A DNA stretch of 64,000 nucleotides from Podarcis cretensis. Its lineage: Eukaryota. Every line of letters starts with the position of its first letter. Position 1 is the stretch's first letter. Positions 9,010 through 20,880 of the stretch are shown in pieces. The stretch covers positions 69,626,001 through 69,690,000 of the forward strand of contig OX638150.1 of NCBI GenBank assembly GCA_951804945.1, given 5' to 3'. The notes beneath the pieces are model-generated. The model saw only the letters and a list, made by a program, of their open reading frames with translations, ran no database searches and was not told the origin of the DNA. The position numbers and the translations under genes are program-made.

Positions 9010-9590
9010 ATTATTTATTTTTCAAATTTTATTTATTTATTTTGTTTAAGCAAGTAGTACAGAAAAAAAAGAAAAAAAAGAAAAATAGATAAAAGACAAT
9101 CCAAAAACATTGAAAGCAAATATTACATACTTATCATATAATACTCTCCCCCCCCCCACCTGCAGCTTCCCTCCGCCACAATTCGACTTCTTTGAATCTC
9201 TATTTCCACCTTTATCTTTGCATTCTCCAAATGTATTATTCTTTGTATTTCTGTTATCTCTTCTCTTTTCCAATTCATAGATATACTTTACATTTTTATT
9301 CTAGGCATATTGGCATATCTTTCTTAGAACAATATTTTAACATATAATCTTCGAAACATTTCCCATCCTTTTTAAATTTTTGATTTGACCGATATCTTAT
9401 GATTGAGGTTAGCTTTGCCAGTTCTAAATATTCATTTAATTTGCAAATCCACTCCTCTTTTGAGGGCAAGATTTGAGATTTCCATTTAGAAGCAATCACT
9501 ACCCTGGCTGCCGTAGTTGCATATAGAAAAATTCTTTTTTCCCACTTGTGGTATATCTTTCCCTATCAAGCCTAGGAGATATGCCTAAAA
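9010..9590 (-). mobile_element. L1/Tx1-clade LINE 3' fragment (ORF2 C-terminus + 3' UTR)
   Basis: Minus-strand peptide ASKWKSQILPSKEEWICKLNEYLELAKLT resembles the plus-strand copy at 12.5 kb; A-rich tail on the minus strand. Confidence 0.65.
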
Positions 9591-12139
9591 GAGGCAACCA
9601 TTTTTTGTGGTGCGGCCATTTTGACTTTCCTAAAAATAAAAAATAAAACACACCCTACAGAACGGGGATTTCTGGGGAAACAAAATGGCAGCTGTTCCAC
9701 TTCTCTACCTCACGCAAGGTAGGTGAAACAGCTAAGAAATGTCCCCTGTTGGTTCAGTACACCCCCACTGTAGACTGGAATGGACATCAGTCTGAAGCAA
9801 ACAATCTTCCCCAAATGTCTGGTTATGTCCTTGCCTTCCGGCTATCTCCGTTTATAACTGTGCTGCACATTGCTTCTCCCTCTGATGCTCTTCCCCTTGC
9901 TCTTCCTTCTGATAACAGTTACTGCTATTTGACAAATAGGTCGTGTTTACAATGTGCCAGACACCATATGAAACTGGGCCTTTCCAGATTCTGTGGCTTA
10001 TGCTTCTGAGGATTGTGTAACTGTCACTAAATCAGCCAGATGATCAGCTCAGCAAGCATTTCTGATATGGTGGAATTGCTGATTGCTCAAACCCTGCTAC
10101 CCTAGAATAAAGCTGAACTATGGTGGCTGCCTCAGCAAGTGAAATGCAGTTATTTACTAGCTGCTGGGTTTTGGTGGGGAGGCAGTTACCCAGTATGCTA
10201 GTCAGCACAGCAATAGACATTCTGACTAAAATTTAAACAGCTTTTTCTATTCTTCAGGCATTCAGGTGCAATGTGTCGTACAGCAATATCAATAAATTAC
10301 TTGCTACCTTACTGACAGCCTTCAGTGTTACAAGAACCAGGGTTATTGCTAGATAACTCTCATAGAACTCTCAGGTGGAAACAAAACTGTTGGTTTATCT
10401 AGCTCACCAGGTTTTCAGACAGGAGTCTTTTTCAGCCTTACTTGGAGAAACCGTAGACTGAAGGTGGGGCCTTTTGCTTTCACTCTACCACTGAACTACA
10501 GTCCTTCCACTAAGTATTATTCCCCTCTGGGAAGTCGTCGGTCTGGACCCTGTGCTCCCTTTCTGTGCACATTTGCAGAGCTAAGCAGGGTTTGGTGTGG
10601 TTTCAGATTGGATGGGGGACTGTGTGTGGAGATTCCTGCATCGCAGGGAGTTGGACTCGATAACCCACAGGTCCCTTCCAACCAAGGGAGCCAACTTGCT
10701 CCCCACATTGTGGTGGAACATCACATGACACTTCAATGTGCATGTCACGTGACGTGTCCTGCCTCCAGCTAGTGCACGAGTGCTCATGCGCCGGGTTGGG
10801 ACACGTGGGCGTCCTGCTGCCGCAATGCCAGCACTCGCGCCCCAGGTGGGGAATGGGGAGCGTGGAACTAGGCCCCTCCTCCCTGCATGACATCATCCGG
10901 GAGGAGGAAGTGGAGTAGGGCCACAGGATTGTGGGGGAGCCTAGCCCCTTCCTTGATAAATTTGGAGGGGCTGAAGACTCCTCAGCCCTCAGCACTTGGC
11001 ACACCTGCTTCCAACTCTTATGACTCCGTTGAAGAAGATTGGGAAGACGGTCACACAGAACCTTGGTGCTATTTCAGCCAGCCTTGAAAGAAGAGGGAGA
11101 AATTGGGAACAGCAGCAGCAATCAAGGAACGCTCAAGGCAGTGGACCTGGGCAACATAAGAAAATAATGAAGAAAAACTTAGAGGGCTATGGGAGAAAGG
11201 TCATCTGTGAATACCTAAATCTGGTATCATTCCACTGGGAATAGCATGAAAGAAGTGTGGAGTGTGTATATTAGTCTATGTAAAGGAACCCAAACTCTCT
11301 ACCATCTCTCACCTGCTGGGACACAGTAATGTTTAAAAAAATAGTCGCCATTGTTAGCTACACCGCTGCATACACTGTTGTGTATTATTTGTGAAAAGGG
11401 ATTTATCAAAGGGGTGTGTTTGCACATCTCCATGCATATACATACCTGGGGGAGGTGATGTGCTACCCCATCCCAGGAGGACATACGGACAATCACTTGC
11501 TTGTGTGGTTTTTTTGCACACATGAGCAACAGAACTTCAAATCCTGAGCATAGTTTCTCCTCACCACTTTCTAAAAGAAAAATGATGTGCAGACTCTGAT
11601 CAGTTGACACTGCATTCCTTTTTATTTCCTGCATTTACTACACTGGGACAGGGAGCGTCTCAGAGTTCAAACTCTCCTCTCTTTTAAGATTGGCTATAAG
11701 CTGCCTGATTTCAATCAGCATTCTTGTTGCAGGAAGTGTTTGAGCAGGGATGTGGAATGTGTGGCCCTCCAGATGTTGGATTCCAGCACCTACCAGCCCC
11801 AGCTCTCATGGCTAACCATCAGGGAGGGATATTGGGAGCACCACAGGCTCCCTGTGTTAAGAGGATGCATTTAAATTGAAGGAAAATAACATCTGCAGGA
11901 CTGTTTATAATGTTCGTGCAGGGCTATTTACAGAATGAATTTGAGTGAAATAAAATTACCATGAAAGCAGTAAGACAGCAGCCTGAGCAGCTTGGGGAAA
12001 TAAATAAAAATGCCTGACTCAAAAAGGATATCAAGGTGGCCAGCAGGCAAGTCCTCATGGGGCCCTCTAGCTGGAAATGCCCCCTCCTTAATCACCACCT
12101 GCACTACTCCTTAGATGGAGGGTATAACTGAAGGAGAAC

Positions 12140-12925
12140 ATCAGCTTTGGTTATAATATTGAAATGGTTGCGTGGGAGAAGTTGTGGAATATCAATTTAA
12201 AATTCACAGCATGTTGCACACTGAAAGAAAACTATATGAAAATGATGTGTAGATGGTATCTACTTCCTAGGAGACTTGCAAAAATGTACAAATAAAAAAC
12301 AACTTATGCTGGAAGTGTAAAGAAAAGGAAGGCACTTTCTCTCATATGTGGTGGTCCTGTAAAAGAACAAAAACCTTATGGGAAATGATTTATAATGAAT
12401 TAAAGAAAATGTTTAAGATAAACTTTAGTAAAAAAAACAACAACAACAACCAGAAGTTCTTCTTTTAGGGATTGTGAACATAGAGATTCCGAAGGACCTT
12501 AAAAATTTGTTATTGTATGCCACAACAACAGCCATAATCGTGTTTGCCCAGAGGTGGAAAGAAGATGCTATACCAACCAAGAAAGAGCAGCTGATTAAAT
12601 TGATGAATTATGCCAAAATGGCAAAACTAACAGGTGTAACAAAAAACCAAGAAAGGGGGGGGGGATATGAAAGAATGGGTGGAAATCGTAGAATATCTGA
12701 AATGTTCTGGCATACAAATAAGTTCATTAGTAGGATTAATTTAAAACAAGCAGTTAAAAATATTACTAAGACAAAAGGAAGAATAACTTGGAATAAAGTG
12801 GAATATGCAGTGTTAAAAATCTAAAGTAGAAAAGTAACCACAGAAGGAGGTCAGAGGGAAGTCAAATATGTAACTGTATTCGAAATACATATGTGTTTGT
12901 AGTGTGTATTTGTAATCTTGTGAAA
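12140..12925 (+). mobile_element. L1/Tx1-clade LINE 3' fragment, degenerate
   Basis: Encodes the ORF2 Cys-rich motif CWKCKEKEGTFSHMWWSC and, after frameshifts, YATTTAIIVFAQRWK...LMNYAKMAKLT; A-rich sense strand. Confidence 0.7.
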
Positions 12926-13932
12926 ACATTAGCTGGTTTATATGGGAGTCAGGGTTCCAATTCTTTTTGGTACCAGATGCTTGACAGCCTCAAAGTACCT
13001 GCTCAGATATGAACTACCAGCCAACGAATATCCTTTTAACACTTGCATGAGAGATACATGCCCCGTGAGTTGCCCAAGTTGAAAGGCTCGCAGCCTTCTG
13101 TGCTAACTGGTTTCCAGCAAGCAACTAGGCTTGCACACTGTGATAGCAGATTCCGTGCTCCAATTTGTGGGTATCCCACAAATGCAGGATTAACACTTCT
13201 GTGGGAGCTAAGCTCCTTTCAGCAATGCAGAAATACCTAAGTCAGGCCTGGGACCCATGGGAGACTATTTGCTTCGTGTATATATGGTTGCGGAGTGGGG
13301 GGGGGGGGAGATAGGTTCTCCCACTCTCACCCCCTCTCACCCCAGTGCTAAATTGAGTTGCAAGGCATGTTGGTCCCATCTCCGGTGAGAGCGACGGGTG
13401 AACAATGGGGGCTTTTCAGCTTGACATCTCAATGAGCAGGAGATGGAGAGAGAGCCCCTCCCGCCCCCTCAACTCTCCCCGCGCCCAGCTTTGTTTGGGG
13501 AGCAGACAGCAACCTCCATCCCCGGAGCTTTTCAGTACCTTGGGGCAGCCATTCGTCATGGATTAGAGCCCCCTCCCCACTCCCTCAGCTGGTCGTCTGG
13601 GCAGGGAATTCACACACTTGTCAGGCCTGGATAGGGAGAGGCGCCTTTGTGCTTAATGCGGACTGGACCTGGAGATGGGTGAGATGGGTCAGGAGGTTGG
13701 GGTGGGTGGGGAAAGAATAGAGGGGAAAGTGTGGGGGGAGATGGGTCGGGGCTGATCCTGATATTGTACGGGAAGCGTCTTGGAAGAAGTGGCTTCTGGA
13801 AAATTACTCTCTTTGACTATTGACAGCTAAATCCATCAAAGAGAGGAGGGCCGTTTCTGATGACACTGACCCTAGGATTATCTCTAGGACCAGTGGTGAA
13901 ATACGGCTTCCTTTGTGGAGGACAATGCAACA

Positions 13933-13957
13933 CTCTCTCTCTCTCTCTCTCTCTCTC
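13933..13957. repeat. (CT)n microsatellite
   Basis: Direct reading. Confidence 0.95.
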
Positions 13958-16900
13958 ACTCACCCTCTGAATATGATATCAAAACTGACTATAGCTGTAA
14001 TCATAGGTACGTCCCTGAACACAGCTGGATTTACTGCCGAGTAAACATGCCTAGCCTTGCTCTGTGTGGGGGGCAAAAACCCCACACTACTTTGGCCTGG
14101 GTTTGTGAGGCGCAGCAGGAAGGCAGGTTGCATTAGCCAGGAGTCTACAGCCAGGTAGATTTCAGCGCACAAGTGTACTCTGATGGGTAGGAACCTGGAC
14201 CAGGCAGAAGAAGTGCTGGGTTCAATTCTTCCCTCATTTCACAATTCATTAGGCAAATCTGAGCAAGTCATTGTCTCTCTGCCTTTGTTTCTCCCATCTC
14301 ATCTGCACAATGGGAATATTGATGACCTTTGCCAGAGGCGGAGTCATGAGAGTGAACCTTGTAGAGTATTTTGCATTAAATGCTCCATAAAAATGAAAAG
14401 TATTACAAATCAAGAGATGGGAGGGGCAAGCTGCTCGTTAGCTTAGTTTGCTAAGCAATCGGATCTTCGCCTTTACAAATGACAAACCCAGGCTCGCAAA
14501 GTCAACAATCTGAGCCAACCAATAAATTCCCTGCAGATAAAATCTGGTCCAGGTCCCCATCCTGGCTTCCTTCCCCTTCCTCAGGCCTGCAAGAATTATT
14601 GCCAATTTCCTGAGGAACAAGAAAGGAAGGAAAACATGCTGCACCCAGGACCTAGGCGGCCTTATGAAGCTTCCCCAGCAGGGACAGTGGGCTCTCTGGC
14701 TCATTGTCTGACAACCGCTGCTGCTCCTGTGAGATGGCAGCAGGCCCTCCCACCACACTATCCCCTCTTGGCAGACAAAGCTGGGGCCCAAAGAGAGGCG
14801 GGGGCTGCAGACGGGACAGTGTGCCAGAAACACTCCTGTCCCTTGTGGCTTCATCGTCGCCAGCATTAAATTGCGTGCAGATGTGTGTGCAGGGGAGGGC
14901 GCCTGGTTGTGATTAGAGCCTTTAATTACAGGCACCCGTGCAGCCCGAGCTGGGCCCTGCCTGGATCGTAAGGAGCTGGGTCCATGAAGGATCCACCAGG
15001 GGGACCAGGCCATCCCAGGAGCAAATGGGAAGCCTGTGTCTCCTCAACCATAACAGATGGGACAGGGGTCCCACAGATGGGCAGCCAAAGGCACACAGCC
15101 CTCAGCAGACAAAGGGGCATCTCTCTAGCGGGTGCAGACCCAAGAAAAGATTGTAGTCCTGATTCTATTAAGTTGTCCTTTGCGTCATTCCTGATTGCTC
15201 GAGTGGGTAGGGACAGCTAATCTCTGTAGGGGATCTGGGATATGCCAGATCTATTTCCCTCATTTTCCTTTTTCATGACGCATGACCAGACTCCAAATTT
15301 TATTGGCCTCAGTCCCTGTGGCAGAACAGTTCAAACAGTGGGTGCAAACTCTGGATCCAGATTTGTAGCTAAATTTTTGTTCACCTTGTCTTCCTCCTCA
15401 GCTTGGAAATGTCAACACGAAGACTGGAAGGAATAGATCCGGTTCACGTGTGCAGACCAGCTTGATGGGGAAATGATTTGAACAGATCTGAATGAGTGGG
15501 ATGGCTGCATCATAGTTTGCAACTCAGCCTACACCCACATTCAACTGCTTTTGGGTGAAAAAGACTCAGGATGAAGCGAACAATCACATGGTTGTAGATT
15601 TCAACAGGTGAAGCTCACCCCATCATTGCATCTCCAAACCAGGAAGAGATTCAGCTATTGAATATCTGTCACACAGTTTTTGATGGAGCAGCTTGCTTGC
15701 TTGCTTGCTTATTTACTTACATGTCTATCGCATGGATCTCAAAGCACTGTGCATGATTCTTCCCCCACTGCCCTCCACTCTTACCCTTACAACAACCCTG
15801 TGAGGTAGTTTAGGCTGAGTGAGTGGTCCAGGGTCACCCAATTAGATTTATGGCTGAGTACATTCCTGGGCTGACACTCTAACCACTCCACCATATTGGA
15901 CTTTCACCTTGTCTATGAATTCTCAAGACTACTAACAATGAATCAAACATGTTCTATATATTTCTTTCCCTCTCACAAAAACATTTTCAAGACACTTACA
16001 TATAAAAAATACCAATCAGAAAAAAAAAAATTAAGAAATCACAATTCTACAGCAGGAGGAGCAAAATCAAGCATAACCACCTAGGCAGGGAACCCAAGAT
16101 CTTGGCCCTGACAGCTGGGGTAAAAATAATCAGAATAAAATTAATCCAACAATCAACTTCCATACATGTCAAAAGAATGTTCAAATAGTAATGTATCTTC
16201 CAAACTGGCCGATAAGAAAGGAACCAAATGGATACTTGGAGGTGAAGAGTTCACAAAGACAGGTGCAGTCACCAAGAAGGTCCTTCTTTTGCATGTCCAG
16301 CCATGGTATCTCAGTCAGCGGTGGGATCCAGAGCAGGGCCTACCTAGGAAGCTGCTTTGTTCCAGGTCAGACCATGGTCCATCTTGCTCAGTACTGTTGA
16401 CACTGACTGGCAGGCGCTCTCCAGGGTTTCAGACAAGGGAACATTCCCAATCCAACCTGGAGATTGAACCTGGGACTTTCAGCCTACTAACCAGATGTCC
16501 TACCCCTGAGCTTCAGCCTTTCAAATTGTGCAGGTGGAGTCATCGGGAGTACTGTCAGTATTAAAAATATCCAGGGGTTTCCGTCATGGCGCAAGAAGCC
16601 TGCCACGGGGGTGGGGGGAGTTGGCAGCCCTGTTGACCACCATGCATGGAAATACAGCCGCTTCTAGGAACGGCTTGACTTTTTACAGCAACCCGAAGGA
16701 ACAAAGTGACAGAAAGTATGGAAATGTTCAAGGACAGGATGTGGAGAAACATTTTGGGTTCCCAGAAGAACGGCATATATGGTTGCCAACTGTTTTTTGT
16801 TTATTTCCTAGTAGGACTCTTTTGTAAACAGAAATTCAGTTGGGAGATGCAAAGCATCACCTGCTGGGTTTCAGCTTGTCATGCAGCTGCTATAAAAGCC

Positions 16901-17299
16901 CTACTGGGGCGTTCTCATTCTGAACAACACAGGAGCAAGGAGTGCGGCCACACCAAGTGGTCCTGTCTCCAACACCTGTGTGTACTGTGCTAATGTCTCC
17001 CCACTGTGGAAGGATGTGCGGATCCAGAACTGGCCTCCACAGTCCTTTATGGACACACTGCTAAGACCATATTCATGGAAGACAATCTTACTTGGCTATG
17101 AGTGATCACCAAAGAAGAATGTCTACTAAAGCAGGGACCCTTCACATGTATAGGTGCACACTCAAAATCCTCCCTGGAATATGAAGCCTTCTTGCATACA
17201 ATTATATGCACAAGAGCCTCCTCCATTTACATCAGACATGCAGACTTTGGGAAGGCATGCACAGCAGGGGCTACTCAGCATGGCCCCATTTGGCTCAGG

Positions 17300-17725
17300 A
17301 CAGCAATACCGCAAGGACTGCCTCTCCATATGAACCTACCCGGACCCTGAGATTGTCACCTGAGAGCCTTTTTCATGTGACCCCTTCACAAGAGGTCCAG
17401 AGGACGGCAACACAAGAACAGGCCTTTTCTGTAGTGGCTCCCCATTTGTAGAATGCTCTCCCCAGAGAGGTTCGCCTGGTGCCTTCATGATTTATCTCTG
17501 GGTGCTGGGTGAAAACATTCCTCTTCAACAAGGCCTTTGATTGATTAGCATCTTATGCCCCTTTTAAATGTGTTTGTTGGAGGGGAAGTGGGTCACTGGT
17601 TTGTGTGTGTGCTTTGTTCTTGTTTTTGTAAAGGATTTTGTGCTTTTATTGTATTTTTATGTTGCGAACTGCCCTGAGATCTGTGAATAAAGGGTAGTAT
17701 ACAAATGTAATAAATTAATAAATAC
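17300..17725 (+). mobile_element. L2-like LINE 3' end fragment
   Basis: Resembles the 3' part of the young L2 at 51.5-53 kb (GGCCTTTTCTGTAGTGGCTCCC...AATGCTCTCCC) and ends in an (AATA)n-like tail. Confidence 0.6.
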
Positions 17726-18479
17726 ATTCCTCCTCTCCACCCCCATCATTCAATACAGGAGCAAACAACTTCCAAATACAGCTAGAGCAGGGATAGCCAT
17801 TTCCTCCTCCCTCCCTGCACCCTTTCCTCTTCTGTTGTGGACTGCACCTCCATCAGCCCCAGCCAGTATGGTCAATAGCTAAGGATGGTGGGAGTTGTAC
17901 TCCAAATCACCTGGAGGGCACACCAAGGTGGTCCCCCCTGGGCCTAGAGGCAGGAGTTCTGCCAGGAAAAAGTGCTGGCGACTCCAACAGGGGGTTTGAG
18001 CCCTACTTTGAGAGCTAGCTGTCTCTTCTCTGGGATGCAGAGGACTGTGGCTGCCCTGTGTCATGCTGCATGAAAAGGCATGAGGTGATGGGGGATGAGG
18101 AGGCTGACTTGGGTACCAAAAAAGAGAGCCTGTGCCTAAAAACAATGGGTTTCAGAAGACGCCAAGAGAAACTTCCAGAAGGAAAGAGCCCTCTAGTGCC
18201 GCTGTTCCACCTACAGGTGCAACCCCGGTGGGATTCAGGGACACAGGCAGCCGGAGTGAGTCTACTACAAGGGCTCTGTGTTCCCTGAAGCCCGGCCACT
18301 GGCCAAGAGAAATATTGTTGGCACCAGGCAGGCTCGCTACTTTGGCAGCCAGACACGGGGGCTTTCATAGCTGGGGGCAGGCCCTACTGTACAGGGGCAG
18401 GGCTGAGTGGTTAGCCCCCTCCCCCCCCCCCCACAGTACTCTGTTCCAGGCTGCCTTCCCCTTGCATACTGATCTGAAT

Positions 18480-18482
<3 letters not shown>

Positions 18483-18514
<32 letters not shown>
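18483..18514. repeat. (AC)n microsatellite
   Basis: Direct reading. Confidence 0.95.
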
Positions 18515-18516
<2 letters not shown>

Positions 18517-19699
18517 CTGCTGTTCCATCAAATACAAGCTAACTTAGGCCACCACCACACATCTATACACCCCCACAGAGGGTGCTGTGCTTACCTCCCC
18601 CGTATGTGTACACTTGAACAGAGATGTACACACACACACACGCAACTGCACACAAAACACTATTCCTTTTCATGATGATACACAGGAGCATTTATATACA
18701 GATATACACATACATACAGAAACACCAGCATAAAGCCACATCTAACTTATGATACTCATATATGTACATGGTCATGTTCTTATAATTATGTTTTAGTTAA
18801 AGTGGAATAATGACCACATCCTTATTCTGTACTGATTTTTTAAAAAGAAAAAATCCAGTTAAATTCATTACTTTAACAATTCTATGGGGTTTCTTTTGTT
18901 TTTTGTTTAAAGAGAATTCTAATGTGGTTAAGCCAGGTCTGTAACTGCCACCATACACTGGCGCTTTTAACACACCACTGCCAAGCTCTCTTTGGCATGC
19001 AAAGCTAAACCCTGTGCTCTCTTATGCCAGCACCCAACCAGAACACCATGGGCAGGCAGCCAATACAGGCGTAACTTGGTAAGGCTGAGAAAGTCATCCT
19101 TGAGAGTGTTTCATCTCAGATGTGGGACTGGCTGGCTGTGTTTAAGCAGTGGTGGTAGGAAAGCACTCATCACATGTTCAAAGGCACCCCTTTCGGAATA
19201 GCTTCACAGGAAAGGTACCAGAAAGTGGTTGCAGGTGAAGCCTGCAGGAATCCCTAGCTGCAGTTACACCCTTGGAGTTGGAATGTCTTTGCCACAGAAA
19301 AAACACTGCTTAATTTGAGGAGGATGAGATCCAGAACCCTGTATTACTTTGGGGTGACAATTCACCCTGCAAGCATGAAGTGTCACATACCTCTCACTCA
19401 GCCTTCAGGCTGTTTCCCTGACCCACCCCCATCCGAAAACTAAAGCAGGGGGGAATTGGTCATGTGTAGTTGTCCCAGGCTGGAGTTGCACCATGTGTTG
19501 AACTTCTGCCTGCAGCTGTTTTCTGGGGATTGGAGCGGGAGGGAAATGCTGAGCGAGTGGAAGTCCTAATGCCCTCCCACTTCTGCCCTCAAGAAGAGCA
19601 ATCATTGCAGAGGCTGCAACCCTAAGCACCCTTCCTAGAAAGAAAAGCCTCACTGAGCACAGGATCCCGCTGTGCGATGCACACGGAGGAGCCCTAGCA

Positions 19700-20400
19700 G
19701 AGTGGAGGTGGGCAAGGGCCCCGATTTGGCGCAAAGAAAACGCGGAATGGAGCTTCTCTCTGCCTTACCCACCTATCCGCAACACCCCCAACTTTGTCCT
19801 TCAGAACCGTCGGTCTGGGTTTCATCAAGAGCCCCCACGCCAAATCTCTCCGCTTTGGCGCCCCCCTTTTCCCGCACTGGGCCTTCCTCCTCCTCCCCAT
19901 ATGGGTGGCAGGCGAAGCCAGTCCCCTCCGAGCGACCCCCATCCCGCACGACAAGGCGCCTGGCTGCGACTCCTCCGGTGCTGGAGACGCCGTGTCTCTC
20001 GCGGTTAGTGACACAAGCGTTTCAGCATCCTCAGCTAGGCCTCGGCCAGACGCTGCCAGCCCGCCCGCCTCCCGCCTGCGCGGCCCAAGCGCGTCCCTAG
20101 CGCGGGGAATCCCGCGCGGCTGCCGGCCGAGGCCTTCGAGGAGGGGACGGAGGGGAAGCAAGGGCTCGTCCTTCGCGCGGGGACCGGGCGCCTGGAGGGG
20201 GAAGGAGGAGGCGTGGGCGGGATGTGCGAGCGAGCAGGCAGGCAGGCGCGCCGGCATGGTTCGTTGACTGAGGTATTTATTTTGCAGATTTATTTCCTCC
20301 CCGTCGGCCTCCAGTCAATGCAAGCATTTCCAGAGCGGCGGCCCACAGGCAGCAATCGCAAATGAAATCAATAAAGCCGAGAAAGAAACGATGTCGGAAG
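19700..20400. promoter_or_regulatory. CpG island with no identifiable associated coding gene
   Basis: Sharp local rise in GC and CpG (e.g. CCCGCCCGCCTCCCGCCTGCGCGGCC, GCGCGGGGAATCCCGCGCGG) in otherwise CpG-depleted DNA; GC boxes present. Confidence 0.75.
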
Positions 20401-20689
20401 TGAAAACAGCAGGTACAACAGCAGCATTTGCGGGGGAAAGAGAGAAATAAACATACCGTCTTCAAGAGGCTTAAAAGGAGTAGTAATTAAGAGAGTCACA
20501 CATAGGAGCCAACTCCTAGCAGTCGAGGTCCCTTCGCATCCCCCAATAAAATATTTGGGGGGCTGCCCCCCCAGTTTATGGGCATTGCCTTTCAAATGGT
20601 GTGTATGCAGCGTGGCATGTGAACACTTACGTGGAGCAGGGCTTGCTTCCCCGCCCCCAATATTTTATTCAGGTTGGCACCCCTGGTGT

Positions 20690-20880
20690 CACAGTAGGAC
20701 CTGGGAGACAAGGTTCAAATCCCCAACTAGTCATGAAGTTCACTGGGTGACCTTAGGCCAGTTGCAGGATCTCAACCTAACCTACCTCACAGGGTTGTTG
20801 CAGATACAAATTAAGAAGATGGAGAACTATGTATTATTACACCTTGAACTCTAGCTAGGGGGGAAAGAATGCATTTGCAA
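20690..20880 (+). mobile_element. MIR/CORE-like SINE fragment (similar copy on the minus strand at ~15740-15895)
   Basis: B-box-like GGTTCAAATCC, core CTGGGTGACCTTAGGCCAG and CCTACCTCACAGGGTTGTTG. Confidence 0.55.

Noticed and set aside
8868-10300. Possible small exons (donor ATG|GTAAGT at 8901; acceptor TTCTTCAG at ~10257 followed by AATAAA)
   Set aside because: Isolated splice-like signals with no coherent ORF or homology; expected by chance.
13855-13970. C/D-box snoRNA-like TGATGA...CTGA
   Set aside because: C box lacks the leading purine, there is no terminal stem, a CT microsatellite interrupts it, and no host intron is evident.
19405-20267. Long overlapping ORFs (109-187 aa) in the orphan CpG island
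   Set aside because: Low-complexity Arg/Pro/Ala/Gly products on both strands, typical of stop-poor GC-rich DNA.
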